From: an uncultured delta proteobacterium
Lineage (GTDB): Bacteria; Desulfobacterota; Binatia; UBA9968
Assembly: GCA_963737905.1 (NCBI GenBank)
Contig: CAVTUQ010000043.1
Coordinates: 1 to 64,000, forward strand
Direction of reading: 5' to 3'
Length of the DNA: 64,000 nucleotides
The position numbers were made by a program, and so were the translations under genes. Positions 18,987-28,135 of this stretch are shown piece after piece. Position 1 is the first letter of the stretch. Each line of letters opens with the position of its first letter. The notes under the pieces were generated by a model. The model worked only from the letters and a program-made list of their open reading frames with translations. It was not told where the DNA came from and did not search any database.

Positions 18987-20909
18987 TTACCAGCGGAAGG
19001 GGTTGAGGGCTTTGCTTACGTTTTCCATATCGTTCTTCAACTGGTCAAAAGCCCCTTTCTGTTCATCTTCCTGTCCCGGGATAGACGGCCTCTGTTCGGC
19101 TGCCTTTGCAATCGGTTGCGGCTGAGTCGGCCCTTTGACTAACGTTCGGGGAAATTCTCGGTCCCCGGGCACTTGTACTTGCTGTTTCTCGGTGGATTCA
19201 GGTTTCTTTTCCGAGCTGGAGACGGCTTGAGCGGACGGCGCTTTTACCTGAGCGGGAATCTCCGCTGATGGGAGGAATAACGGTCCTTTCTCTACGGCCA
19301 CCTTGGGTTCCAACTCTACTTTCTTTGGTTGTTCCTGCTGCGGCGTCCCTTTCAGTTGGTCCGCCGAGGATGGCGCTTCAAACTTCGATGGTTCCAAGCC
19401 CTGACTCCTGAGCTTTTGGTCGATGCCGCTCAGCAGGCCGTCGCTGCCCCCGTCTTGTTGTGGTTCCGCGTTAGTCTTCACCTTTGCGGCTACGGCTTCT
19501 GCGACCTTAGGGTCGCTAAAGGCCGCATGCGCTTGGGGTGGCGGCGGCAGCTCTTCCACACTCTTGCCACTCTTTTTTAGATTCGCGTCAATATCTCCCA
19601 AGAGTTTGCCGGTGTCTGTAGTCTGCGGAGGGGGGGGCTCTTCGACTTTGGGAGTTGCTGCCGGCGGGGGCTTTAGGGATGCAGTTTGGGTTGCGGAATC
19701 GATTCCCTTTTGTTTGAGAGAATCATCGATCTGATTAACCAACTGATCATTCTTGGCTGTCGCTTCCGTCTTCTTGACCTGAGAACTTTGCCCGCCGAAA
19801 GGATTGACTCCGTTCCACAGGCTCCCGAGCACACCCGGGGAGCTCTCCTTTTCGCTAGGGGTCTTTTTCGCCGCGAGTTCGGTTGGGCTTTCCGGTGTCT
19901 TCTTCTCGTCGTCAGAGGAAGAAAAAGGATTGAGCTTATCTGCCACCCGACGGAAGATGCTTTTTTCTTCGCCCGGCTCCTCGTACACGATCTCGGTCTT
20001 TGCCGTGAGATTGTTAATGTCCTTTAGTTTCTCGTTATTTGCCGTCTCTTGAGCCGCTCCACCGGCTGCTACCGCACCAGGTCTCCGGTCACGCATCAGC
20101 AGCATCGCCAACGGATCTTGTTTCTCTTTCTCCAGCTGGGCGAGGTAGGTCTTGGCTTGAGGGGCGAATTTGCTCTCCGGGTAATATTGGAGCAGCGCTT
20201 CGTAGGCCAGACTTGCCTTGACGTTATTTTTTTCTTTGCGGTAACTCTCGCCGAGGAAGAAAAGACTTTTGGCCGCAACGGGAGTGCCTCGATACTTTCG
20301 CACGATCTCTTCAAAACGCTCACGAGCGGCCGGATACTTTTCCTGTTGCAGGTAAAAGGAGGCGACGATGAAGTCATGTTCGGCGAGATATCCGACGCAT
20401 TTGGCCAATTGTTCTCGCGCCGGGATCGCATACGGCGATTTGGGATAATTTGTAATGACGTTTTCGAAGTAGCTTTTTGCGACTTCGGTATTTTTTTGAT
20501 CCCGCTCGATGGAGGTAAACTGATCTATATGAGCCTGCCCCAAGCGGTAAACGACGAAAGCAATATTTTCGTTGGTCGGGTGCATCGACTGAAACTCTTT
20601 AAACTCATTGATCGCCTCGGGGTATTGCTGGTTCAAGTAATAGGCATCGGCTATTTTGAGTTCCGCGTCAGTCAGTTGCGGGCTAAACGGATACTCGGTC
20701 CTGAACTTGGTCAAGACGTCGATGGCACGCGCGTAGCGTTTTTCCGTGAAGTATCGCGAGCCCTCTTCATATAAAGCGTCCGCCGTGGGATCAGGTTTCA
20801 CCGCTGAAGCCGACCGGAAGGACGGCATCGAAGTGGAGGAACAGCCGGCTACCCAAGTCATCCACAGTAAGGCTATTAGAAGGAGTCCAAATGCTTTCAT
20901 AGAATACAC
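18987..20909 (-). CDS. bamD: Outer membrane protein assembly factor BamD with long low-complexity C-terminal extension
   Basis: Lipobox VAGC; YPFSP, AELKIADAYY, ERDQKNT, YPKSPYA, LAEHDFIVASFY match the BamD/YfiO pattern. Confidence 0.85.
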   Translation of the reverse strand: MYSMKAFGLLLIALLWMTWVAGCSSTSMPSFRSASAVKPDPTADALYEEGSRYFTEKRYARAIDVLTKFRTEYPFSPQLTDAELKIADAYYLNQQYPEAINEFKEFQSMHPTNENIAFVVYRLGQAHIDQFTSIERDQKNTEVAKSYFENVITNYPKSPYAIPAREQLAKCVGYLAEHDFIVASFYLQQEKYPAARERFEEIVRKYRGTPVAAKSLFFLGESYRKEKNNVKASLAYEALLQYYPESKFAPQAKTYLAQLEKEKQDPLAMLLMRDRRPGAVAAGGAAQETANNEKLKDINNLTAKTEIVYEEPGEEKSIFRRVADKLNPFSSSDDEKKTPESPTELAAKKTPSEKESSPGVLGSLWNGVNPFGGQSSQVKKTEATAKNDQLVNQIDDSLKQKGIDSATQTASLKPPPAATPKVEEPPPPQTTDTGKLLGDIDANLKKSGKSVEELPPPPQAHAAFSDPKVAEAVAAKVKTNAEPQQDGGSDGLLSGIDQKLRSQGLEPSKFEAPSSADQLKGTPQQEQPKKVELEPKVAVEKGPLFLPSAEIPAQVKAPSAQAVSSSEKKPESTEKQQVQVPGDREFPRTLVKGPTQPQPIAKAAEQRPSIPGQEDEQKGAFDQLKNDMENVSKALNPFRW

Positions 20910-21118
20910 TCTGCCACCCTTCTGCGATCATACACGCCGCGACGATAGAGTCAAGAATTTTCGCCACTCTTTTTTCATCGTCTTGAGGTTGCATGGTGTT
21001 GTTTCTTTGCCCGTCAGTGCTCACGCCTCTACATGGAGGCACGATTCGACGAAAGCTTTCTAATCATTAAGTGATTCATGATCTCGCGTACGCCCAAAGA
21101 TCATAAAACGAAGATCTT

Positions 21119-21215
21119 CGTCATGCCGGCACGGATAGCCGGCATCCAGTTCGCAAGGACGCATCCGGAGACATCCATGTCACCCTAGATTCCAGCACTC
21201 CATGCTGGAATGACG
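21119..21215. repeat. REP-like composite palindrome (GTCATGCCGG...CCGGCATCCA / GATTCCAGCA...TGCTGGAATGAC)
   Basis: Two inverted hairpin units with GTCAT...ATGAC termini in a long intergenic region. Confidence 0.7.
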
Positions 21216-21275
21216 CGCTGAGGGGATCCTGGCAGCTTGATGCGTGGTTGGTGGTTTGCTAGGAGTGCCAGAGTT

Positions 21276-21307
21276 CGTCATTCCCGCATGCTTTTAGCGG
21301 GAATCCA
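21276..21307. repeat. Single REP-like hairpin CGTCATTCCCGC...GCGGGAATCCA
   Basis: ATTCCCGC/GCGGGAAT stem with a GTC lead-in, same architecture as the upstream units. Confidence 0.7.
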
Positions 21308-21370
21308 TTCGCGGTGAAAATTTATCTTTTATTGTTTGGCTGCGGCTCCACTGCAATGGAATAATGCGGT

Positions 21371-21844
21371 CTAATTTGCCGGCAGCACGCGCAGCGTGAC
21401 TTCGGTTTTGTTGGAACGAAAAACAAAGGGCCAGACCGGTGGAAAAATGACGTAGGCTGTGGTTTCCAGCACGGAATAAACGGTGTCGCCGGGGGGGCCT
21501 TTGTCATCGTGGATGGTAACTGTATAGTTGCCCGGCGCAAGATCTGGGATCGTAAACTGGAGTATCTTGTCTTCGATCCAGACGAGTTCTTCTCCGGGAA
21601 CTTTCCTTCGATCGGGATTGGAAGCGAGGAGTTTGAGTTGGGGCCAGTCCATCATTTTTCCACCTAACTCAACTCTTGGCCAGCCCACCAGATACTCCAT
21701 CGAAAGACTTACTATTGTGCCTGGTGTCCCTTCGACGGGATTGATCCTTACGACTCGCGGGGCGCATGCGCAGACGAGCAAGCAGAATAACGCGCCATAA
21801 GTGATTTGCAGAATTAAAGATCGCCCTTTTCGGTAAGTCTTCAT
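21371..21844 (-). CDS. Hypothetical lipoprotein, possible Ig-like (IPT/TIG) fold
   Basis: Signal peptide with Cys (VCAC), INPVEGTPGTIV, FTIPDLAPGNYTVTI. Confidence 0.65.
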   Translation of the reverse strand: MKTYRKGRSLILQITYGALFCLLVCACAPRVVRINPVEGTPGTIVSLSMEYLVGWPRVELGGKMMDWPQLKLLASNPDRRKVPGEELVWIEDKILQFTIPDLAPGNYTVTIHDDKGPPGDTVYSVLETTAYVIFPPVWPFVFRSNKTEVTLRVLPAN

Positions 21845-22212
21845 TTCGTCCTAGATCGCATAAAGCTAAGGAGTTTCCAAGATCTTTCCCACCATAGAGG
21901 CGAGTGCGCCGGGGCGGATCGCTGGATTCTCTCGATTCTCGGCTTACGACCGTCAGAGTTCCTTTTCGCTCTCGAGAATCCGTTAAAGGGGTCTTTTTTA
22001 GGTCCTTAGTCCTATAAGAAATTACCAAATTGGCTTGGGATGGAAAAAAATCATACGAACCGCGTATTGCCGGATTAAGGGTATTCGAGTACAAACTTCC
22101 CAAGTGGTTGGAGGAAAAAAGCATTTCTCTAAATGGGATGCTTTTTGCGCGACGGCCAGGCAGAGAATTTGAGTAGCGAAATATCTACTAGGGGAAGAAG
22201 GAGGCAAAAAAG

Positions 22213-23739
22213 ATGAAGAAAGGATTCTGGGGGTTTGCAGCGTTGGGCTTCATGCTGACAGCTTTATTGTCAGTGGCTGTGCCGGCGGGAGCGCAGAATG
22301 TGGATGATAAGATCAAGGCGCTGGAGCAGGAACTGTCGTCGCTCAAGTCGCAGCAGATAGAGCTTAAGAAAGAGGCGACCGCAGCGGCAGCGGCGTTGCC
22401 GAATTTTAGCTATCGTCCCGGTAACGGTCTGGACATCACAGCGGCGGACAAGTCATGGGGCGTCCGCTTCTCAATGGAGACTAACCTCCGCATGATGTTT
22501 GAGAGCGGGCAAGACGCAATCGGCCGGACCAATGGTGAGGTCATGTTGCGCCGTTGGCGCCCCACGTTCTGGTACTGCATCGACAACTGTCTGTACGAAA
22601 TCGAGACGAGCATCGATATGGACGGTTTTGGGACGGGCAATGCGAAGAACTCGACCAACAGTGGCGGGAGTTCGATCATGCAGCGCGGGGTGGTTCACTT
22701 TCACCTCGAGAACTTAAACCCCTTCATGCCGACGGTTGACATCGGCGGCGACATCTCCACGAGCTTGAGCACGTCGCGCCAGGGATCCAGCGCCATCGGC
22801 GCCCAGCTGGAATACGATCTATTGAGCCGCAACGTCGGTCCCAACACGGGCCGTGCTGGATGGGGTGTAGTTATGAACTGGGACGACCGGTCTCTTAGCG
22901 GCATCGGTATCCCGGGCCGAATCGGTCGCTATCAGTTTGGCGTGGCCAGTGTCAGCGAAGGCGACGACAACCTGAGTAGCTTCACCGACCGAAAGGATTT
23001 CGTTCAGTATATTTCCGTATACCCGTTTTCGGAGCTCAAAAACAAGTGGCTCCAGGGCTTTATGTTCGAGTTTGGCGCGTGGCTCTGTAACGTCGATCAG
23101 CGCCAATCGGCGGACAACGGTTGCGCCCGGGTACGCATCCAAGATAATGGTGATGCGGGCCGCCAGACGCTCTTTGACACCGGCGCCAATTCCATCGGCA
23201 AGGGGTTGTCTACCTTTTTTATGCCTGGCGTCACCTGGGGTGTGGGTCCATATCGGCTCCGTGCCGTGCGCGGTTTCGCGGATTCTGAAGATGGGGATTT
23301 CACCGGGTGTAGTGGGCTCACGGGGGCGCTGCCGGCCGGCTGTACGCCTAACAAACGCGGAAAGAAGACAGGACGTGATTTCCTGATCGGTAACGATCTC
23401 TTTCTCTGGAGCCCGAAGGGTTTCTTGACCGGGTCGGCGAATGCCCCGGGATCGATCCTGGTGGGAACTAGCTTTCAGCGGACCGACGTCGCTTGCGAGA
23501 CTCCAAGGTGCCCCGCGATTAACGGCGGTCAGTTCCACCGCGGCACCTACATCATTAGAGAGTGGGATCTATGGTATTTCCTTGCGCCGCGTATGAGCGT
23601 CGGTGGCGGTGTAATGTGGTACGATGCTTCCAACCTGACCACTACCGTACAGAGAAACCTTGGGATCAGGCATAACGGCAGCGCCGGGCAAGGTGGGAGC
23701 TGGACAGATGGAAATATAAACTTCAGGTATCAGTTCTAG
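22213..23739 (+). CDS. Putative outer-membrane beta-barrel / porin
   Basis: RBS ggagg, signal peptide AGA|Q, N-terminal coiled coil, amphipathic beta strands, C-terminal NFRYQF beta-signal. Confidence 0.75.
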   Translation: MKKGFWGFAALGFMLTALLSVAVPAGAQNVDDKIKALEQELSSLKSQQIELKKEATAAAAALPNFSYRPGNGLDITAADKSWGVRFSMETNLRMMFESGQDAIGRTNGEVMLRRWRPTFWYCIDNCLYEIETSIDMDGFGTGNAKNSTNSGGSSIMQRGVVHFHLENLNPFMPTVDIGGDISTSLSTSRQGSSAIGAQLEYDLLSRNVGPNTGRAGWGVVMNWDDRSLSGIGIPGRIGRYQFGVASVSEGDDNLSSFTDRKDFVQYISVYPFSELKNKWLQGFMFEFGAWLCNVDQRQSADNGCARVRIQDNGDAGRQTLFDTGANSIGKGLSTFFMPGVTWGVGPYRLRAVRGFADSEDGDFTGCSGLTGALPAGCTPNKRGKKTGRDFLIGNDLFLWSPKGFLTGSANAPGSILVGTSFQRTDVACETPRCPAINGGQFHRGTYIIREWDLWYFLAPRMSVGGGVMWYDASNLTTTVQRNLGIRHNGSAGQGGSWTDGNINFRYQF

Positions 23740-23759
23740 CTTCAGCATCATAAGAGGTT

Positions 23760-23795
23760 AAAAAAGGGGAGTCAGCAATGACTCCCCTTTTTTTT
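23760..23795 (+). terminator. Rho-independent terminator
   Basis: aaaaaaggggagtca-gcaa-tgactcccctttttttt. Confidence 0.9.
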
Positions 23796-23922
23796 GGATC
23801 TTGCACCGCCCGTTAGGTTCATGGAAAGAATGGGCAACCCAACCTGCTATTGAACTTGCAAGGCACCGGATGATAGATATTTGTAAATTCCCGATTATAG
23901 TCCAAGGATCTACGAGGAGAAA

Positions 23923-24552
23923 ATGTATCTCGCCATGAAAACGCGATCTTCAGTTGCGAATTGGGTCTTCGCTGCGTTTGTTTGCTTGGGGGCCGTCTCC
24001 TGCTCGAACACACTGCCGAGATTCGGGGTCGGTGGCCAATACGAAGAGGGTAAGGACCAGTTCTTCAGGGGGCGGGGCGGGGACATGGATAGGGCCGTCA
24101 CTTCCCTGGAATATGTGGTTAGCCGAGATCCCACCTACAAGAATAGTCTCACTTATCTGGGGCGGGCCTATTACCGTAAAGAAAGGTATAAGGATGCTTA
24201 TGCGATTTTGCAGCGGGCTGTGGCGGTCGACAAAGACGATGAGATCGCCTGGCTTGCTTTGGGAGTGACCCAATTGCGTTTGGGGCAAAACGAACAGGGC
24301 ATCGAAACACTCAAAGGCGGGATCACGCTCGCCAGCAAGGTGCTGGTCGAAGGCTACCACAACTATGAACGCTGGGATATCAAGGGGACTATCCGGGCAT
24401 CGATCCGGCGCTGTGCCTTCTATTTAACCAAGGGCGTGGAGGAAAAAGAAAATATAATTCAGTCTACCGATCGCCTGCTCGCTTTGATCGACGAAGAGGA
24501 AAACGTCCAGAAAAACACCCACGTGCAGAACATGAGACCGCTTTACCAATAA
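23923..24552 (+). CDS. TPR lipoprotein
   Basis: Lipobox AVSC, TYLGRAYY, AWLALGVTQ, RBS aggag. Confidence 0.8.
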   Translation: MYLAMKTRSSVANWVFAAFVCLGAVSCSNTLPRFGVGGQYEEGKDQFFRGRGGDMDRAVTSLEYVVSRDPTYKNSLTYLGRAYYRKERYKDAYAILQRAVAVDKDDEIAWLALGVTQLRLGQNEQGIETLKGGITLASKVLVEGYHNYERWDIKGTIRASIRRCAFYLTKGVEEKENIIQSTDRLLALIDEEENVQKNTHVQNMRPLYQ

Positions 24553-24820
24553 CTAGCCGGCGGCCATCGGTCTCTAGCCTGGATTCACTGGCGAACAACG
24601 ATCAAGGGGCGAGCCCTCCGGATCGAAGGCAATGGGCCTCTACCTTGAGGCGGCCCGCAAACCTAAGTTCTGAAGCGGATACCTGGGAAAAAATTCCGAG
24701 CGCAAGGTCAAACACCCTAATCGTCATTGGAACTGTTCGCCTCTGTGCCTTCGTTCCTCCAAACTCGCCCCTTGATCGACACTGTGTCGTGGGTTTTCCT
24801 GGGGGCGTGAATAATCCGGG

Positions 24821-25465
24821 CTAGGGCTCTTCCCCCTTGCCGCCGTCATCCCGGGACCTATCCTGCGCTTCCTGGCGTCGCGCCAGATCGCTTTCCTGCT
24901 CCATCCGGATCCCTAACCATTCCGTGTCGGCGGTTAGTCTTTGCCAGTCGAGATCTTTCGCGGAGATCATCGCCAGGTTATTTTGAATCGCCCCGCGTAT
25001 GTCCCGGTCCGGATCCCAGAACTGTCCAATAGAAAATCGCTGGGCTTGGTTAATATAATCCAGCCAATCATTAATACCTCGCATCCCCCCTTCGATTTCT
25101 TTTAGGCCGCGCTCACGATCGCCTTCGCGGGCCAAGGTCAGGCCTAGATAGAGCCTGGCGATATCTTCTTCGCGATTGCTGGAAAGCGCTCGCTCCAGGG
25201 TTTGCCGGGCCTGTGGAAGTCTGCCGGTAAGGTACTCTGAGCGTCCGACATAACTCCAGACACTTTGCCTCGGGGAGCTTCCAGTCGCATACACATAGTT
25301 GGGATCCGTCTGAGCGGCGCTGTAAAAATAGCCGAGGGCGGTTTCACTGTTGCCCTCCAGTAGAGCCTGCCGTCCATACTGCACTTCGCCACCGGTCCGG
25401 AGGCTGGCGCATCCCGCGAGGAAAACCAACCATGAGAGCAATGCCAATGAGATTTTTGTTTTCAT
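24821..25465 (-). CDS. TPR lipoprotein (copy B)
   Basis: MKTKISL...LAGC, SYVGRSEY, ARLYLGLTL; near-identical to 25582-26223. Confidence 0.82.
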   Translation of the reverse strand: MKTKISLALLSWLVFLAGCASLRTGGEVQYGRQALLEGNSETALGYFYSAAQTDPNYVYATGSSPRQSVWSYVGRSEYLTGRLPQARQTLERALSSNREEDIARLYLGLTLAREGDRERGLKEIEGGMRGINDWLDYINQAQRFSIGQFWDPDRDIRGAIQNNLAMISAKDLDWQRLTADTEWLGIRMEQESDLARRQEAQDRSRDDGGKGEEP

Positions 25466-25512
25466 AGCGTCTCCGTTTTTCAATCCATCGATGGCATTTG
25501 ACCGGCAAGGGG

Positions 25513-25560
25513 AACGCCCAAAAGAACACCCACGGGCAGAACATGAGACCGATTTACCAA
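25513..25560 (+). repeat. Degenerate copy of the 3' end of gene 23923-24552
   Basis: aacgcccaaaagaacacccacgggcagaacatgagaccgatttaccaa versus aacgtccagaaaaacacccacgtgcagaacatgagaccgctttaccaa (24502-24549). Confidence 0.8.
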
Positions 25561-25581
25561 GTAACCGGCGCCCGGCGGTTC

Positions 25582-26223
25582 TTAGGGCTGGCTACCCCTC
25601 CCGCTATCCCGCGATCTTTCCTGCGCTTCCTGGCGCCGGGCCAGATCGCTTTCATTCTCCATCCGTATCCCCAACCATTCGGTGTCAGCGGTTAGTCTTT
25701 GCCAGTCGAGATCTTTGCCGGAGATCATCGCCAGGTTATTTTGAATCGCCCCGCGTATGTCCCGGTCCGGATCCCAGAACTGTCCAATAGAAAATCGCTG
25801 GGCTTGGTTGATGTAATCGAGAAAATCGTTAATACCTCGCATCCCGCTTTCGATTTCTTTCAGGCCGCGCTCGCGATCACCTTCGCGGGCCAAGGTCAAA
25901 CCCAGATAGAGCCTGGCGATATCTTCTTCTCGATTGGCGGAAAGCGCCCGTTCCAGGGTTTGCCGGGCCTGTGGAAGTCTGCCGGTAAGGTACTCTGAGC
26001 GTCCAACATAACTCCAGACGCTTTGCCTCGGGGAGCTTCCAGTCGCATACACATAGTTGGGATCCATCTGAGCGGCACTGTAAAAATAGCCGAGGGCGGT
26101 TTCACTGTTGCCCTCGAGTAGAGCCTGCCGTCCATACTGCACTTCGCCACCGGTCCGGAGGCTGGCGCATCCCGCGAGGAAAACCAACAATGAGAACAAT
26201 GTCAATGAGCTCTTTGTTTTCAT
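25582..26223 (-). CDS. TPR lipoprotein (copy A)
   Basis: C-terminal part of ORF 25582-26691; start MKTKSSL after an aggagg RBS; lipobox LAGC. Confidence 0.82.
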   Translation of the reverse strand: MKTKSSLTLFSLLVFLAGCASLRTGGEVQYGRQALLEGNSETALGYFYSAAQMDPNYVYATGSSPRQSVWSYVGRSEYLTGRLPQARQTLERALSANREEDIARLYLGLTLAREGDRERGLKEIESGMRGINDFLDYINQAQRFSIGQFWDPDRDIRGAIQNNLAMISGKDLDWQRLTADTEWLGIRMENESDLARRQEAQERSRDSGRGSQP

Positions 26224-26317
26224 GGCGTCCTCCTGTTTTCGGAAAGAAGCATAGTCACGGCGATTGAAAAAAGCAACACTGCAATCGTCGCAGTTTCGGA
26301 CGCTCGGGGAGCGCTTC

Positions 26318-27126
26318 TTATGGTTCAAAATCGAGGATGCTGAGCCAAATTCTAGCGGCGATAAGCCCGACCATGGTGCCGTACACAGTGCGAAGCACAG
26401 GGGTCGGGAACCGGCGGTGGATTCTCTCTCCAAACAGTGCTCCGATGCCTGCTCCAAAAACCACGCCACCGTTGTTATGAGCCAAGGTATTTGGCCGGTT
26501 GCAAGACTATGCCGAGAAATCCAAAGCAGGTATTGATCATCGCGATAAAGAGACTGCTGCCGATGGCGATTCGTGTCGGCACTTTGAGGACATAAATCAG
26601 CAACGGCACAAAGACGAAATTTCCCGCGCCGAGAAAGCCGATGAGAATCCCGATGACAAGCGAGCATAGAGACAAAGGAGCCGGACGCCACTGAAACCTT
26701 TTCTAGCGAAGTTATTTCCAGCTCCTTGCTCGGGGCCGGAAGAAAACATCATGGCGAATACAAGGAGGGTGGCGATGCCGAAAAGCAGCAGTAGAAATCG
26801 TTCTGATGTCCATTCTGATGCGACTCCGGCGACAAAGGAGCCGGCGGCGGAAGCGATCCCCGCAACGAAGGCAATGCGCCCATGCACGCGGCCACTACGC
26901 AGGTGGGCCAAGCCGAACCGACGAGGGTCGAAAAAAATACCTGGGTCATAACCGACCGCGGCGACGGTCCTGGCTTGGATCTCCTCCAAACCTAAAAGCG
27001 GACGGGACGTAATAGAGAAGGGGAAAACATCACTACGCCTCCACCGAAACCCAAGAGGCGCGAGAAAAAAACCCCCCGATGGCGCCGATAACGGCCAGGC
27101 TAGACGATGAGGCGACCGGGACTCAT
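26318..27126 (-). pseudogene. Sulfite exporter TauE/SafE (TSUP) family, multiply frameshifted
   Basis: Fragments in different frames: LAVIGAIGGFFS, LLGFGGGVVMF, GILIGFLGAGNFVFVPLLIYVLKVPTRIAIGSSL, IAARIWLSIL. Confidence 0.65.
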
Positions 27127-28023
27127 CGTCCGGATCCCGGAACCGGTCATTAGGAAAAGATCGCCTACCGTGGTCAGCAAGTAACCGATGCTCACATAGG
27201 CATTAAAATCAAAGAAGGCGCGATTGATCCGCGAGAGGTCGGTGGGAGTAACTAGACGGTGCTCCCAGAACAAAATAATTGAAATGATCGCAAAGCCGAG
27301 CCAGTAAATGACTCCCATCTGAGCAGAAAGTCCAACCGCGGCGAGAAAAACTACGGTACAGGTGTGGAAAAAACCGGAAAACCGCAAAGCGCCGGCAACC
27401 CCGAAACGAACCGGAATGGAATAAAGCCCTTCCTTGCGGTCGAACGCGTGGTCTTGGAGCGAATAAATAACGTCGAAACCCGCCAGCCAGAAAAGCACAG
27501 CGAGTCCGAGGAAAAAGGGAGTTGCCAGCTCTTGTACATCGATGGGCGAGCCCGAAACGGCAAGCCAAGCTCCCATGGGAGCGAGCGAAAGCGCAAACCC
27601 GAGAAATAAATGTGACGCCCAGGTAAAGCGCTTGGTCAGGGAATAAAAGAAGACAATGGTGAGGGCAACCGGCGATAGGACAAAGCAGACGAAATTCAGT
27701 CGATACGCGGCGTAGACGAAAATCAGAGAGCTGGCGACCGTCAGTATGACAGCCTCCCAGACCCTGACGGTCCCGTGAGGGAGTTCCCATTGACGAGTGC
27801 GGGGATTGAGAGCGTCAAATTTTCGATCGACCAGACGGTTGAAAGCCATAGCCGCGCTCCTCGCGCCGACCATGGCGACTAGAATCCAAAAAAAACTGCG
27901 CAGCGTGACCGGATGAGATGGCCAGGCGAGGGCGACGGAAGCGAGCGCAAAAGGCAAGGCGAAAATCGTGTGAGAGAAGCGAATGAGCCGGCCGTAATTT
28001 CGAATTTTTTCGAATAGACTCAT
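27100..28023 (-). CDS. mqnP: UbiA-like polyprenyltransferase, MqnP-type (futalosine menaquinone pathway)
   Basis: IRFSHTIFALPFA, ARSAAMAFNRLVDRKFDALNPRT, YSLTKRFT, GFDVIYSLQD, INRAFF; adjacent to the MqnL-like gene. Confidence 0.8.
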   Translation of the reverse strand: MSLFEKIRNYGRLIRFSHTIFALPFALASVALAWPSHPVTLRSFFWILVAMVGARSAAMAFNRLVDRKFDALNPRTRQWELPHGTVRVWEAVILTVASSLIFVYAAYRLNFVCFVLSPVALTIVFFYSLTKRFTWASHLFLGFALSLAPMGAWLAVSGSPIDVQELATPFFLGLAVLFWLAGFDVIYSLQDHAFDRKEGLYSIPVRFGVAGALRFSGFFHTCTVVFLAAVGLSAQMGVIYWLGFAIISIILFWEHRLVTPTDLSRINRAFFDFNAYVSIGYLLTTVGDLFLMTGSGIRTMSPGRLIV

Positions 28024-28063
28024 GTCTTCTTACCTTGGATCGGAGAGCGGAATCGTTGATGCT

Positions 28064-28125
28064 GTTCAATTCGTTCCACCAGTTCAGTCGGTTTGAGCGA
28101 TTTGAACGTATTGAACGTTTTGAAC
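28064..28125. repeat. Third copy of the 9-bp GTTCAA/TTGAAC palindrome family
   Basis: gttcaattc gttccacca gttcagtcg gt ttgagcgat ttgaacgta ttgaacgtt ttgaac. Confidence 0.8.
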
Positions 28126-28135
28126 CGAGCCTCGG

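Noticed and set aside
26224-26691. N-terminal extension of ORF 25582-26691 as a fusion protein
   Set aside because: It consists of pieces of the broken TauE gene; the paralogue and the RBS place the start at 26223.
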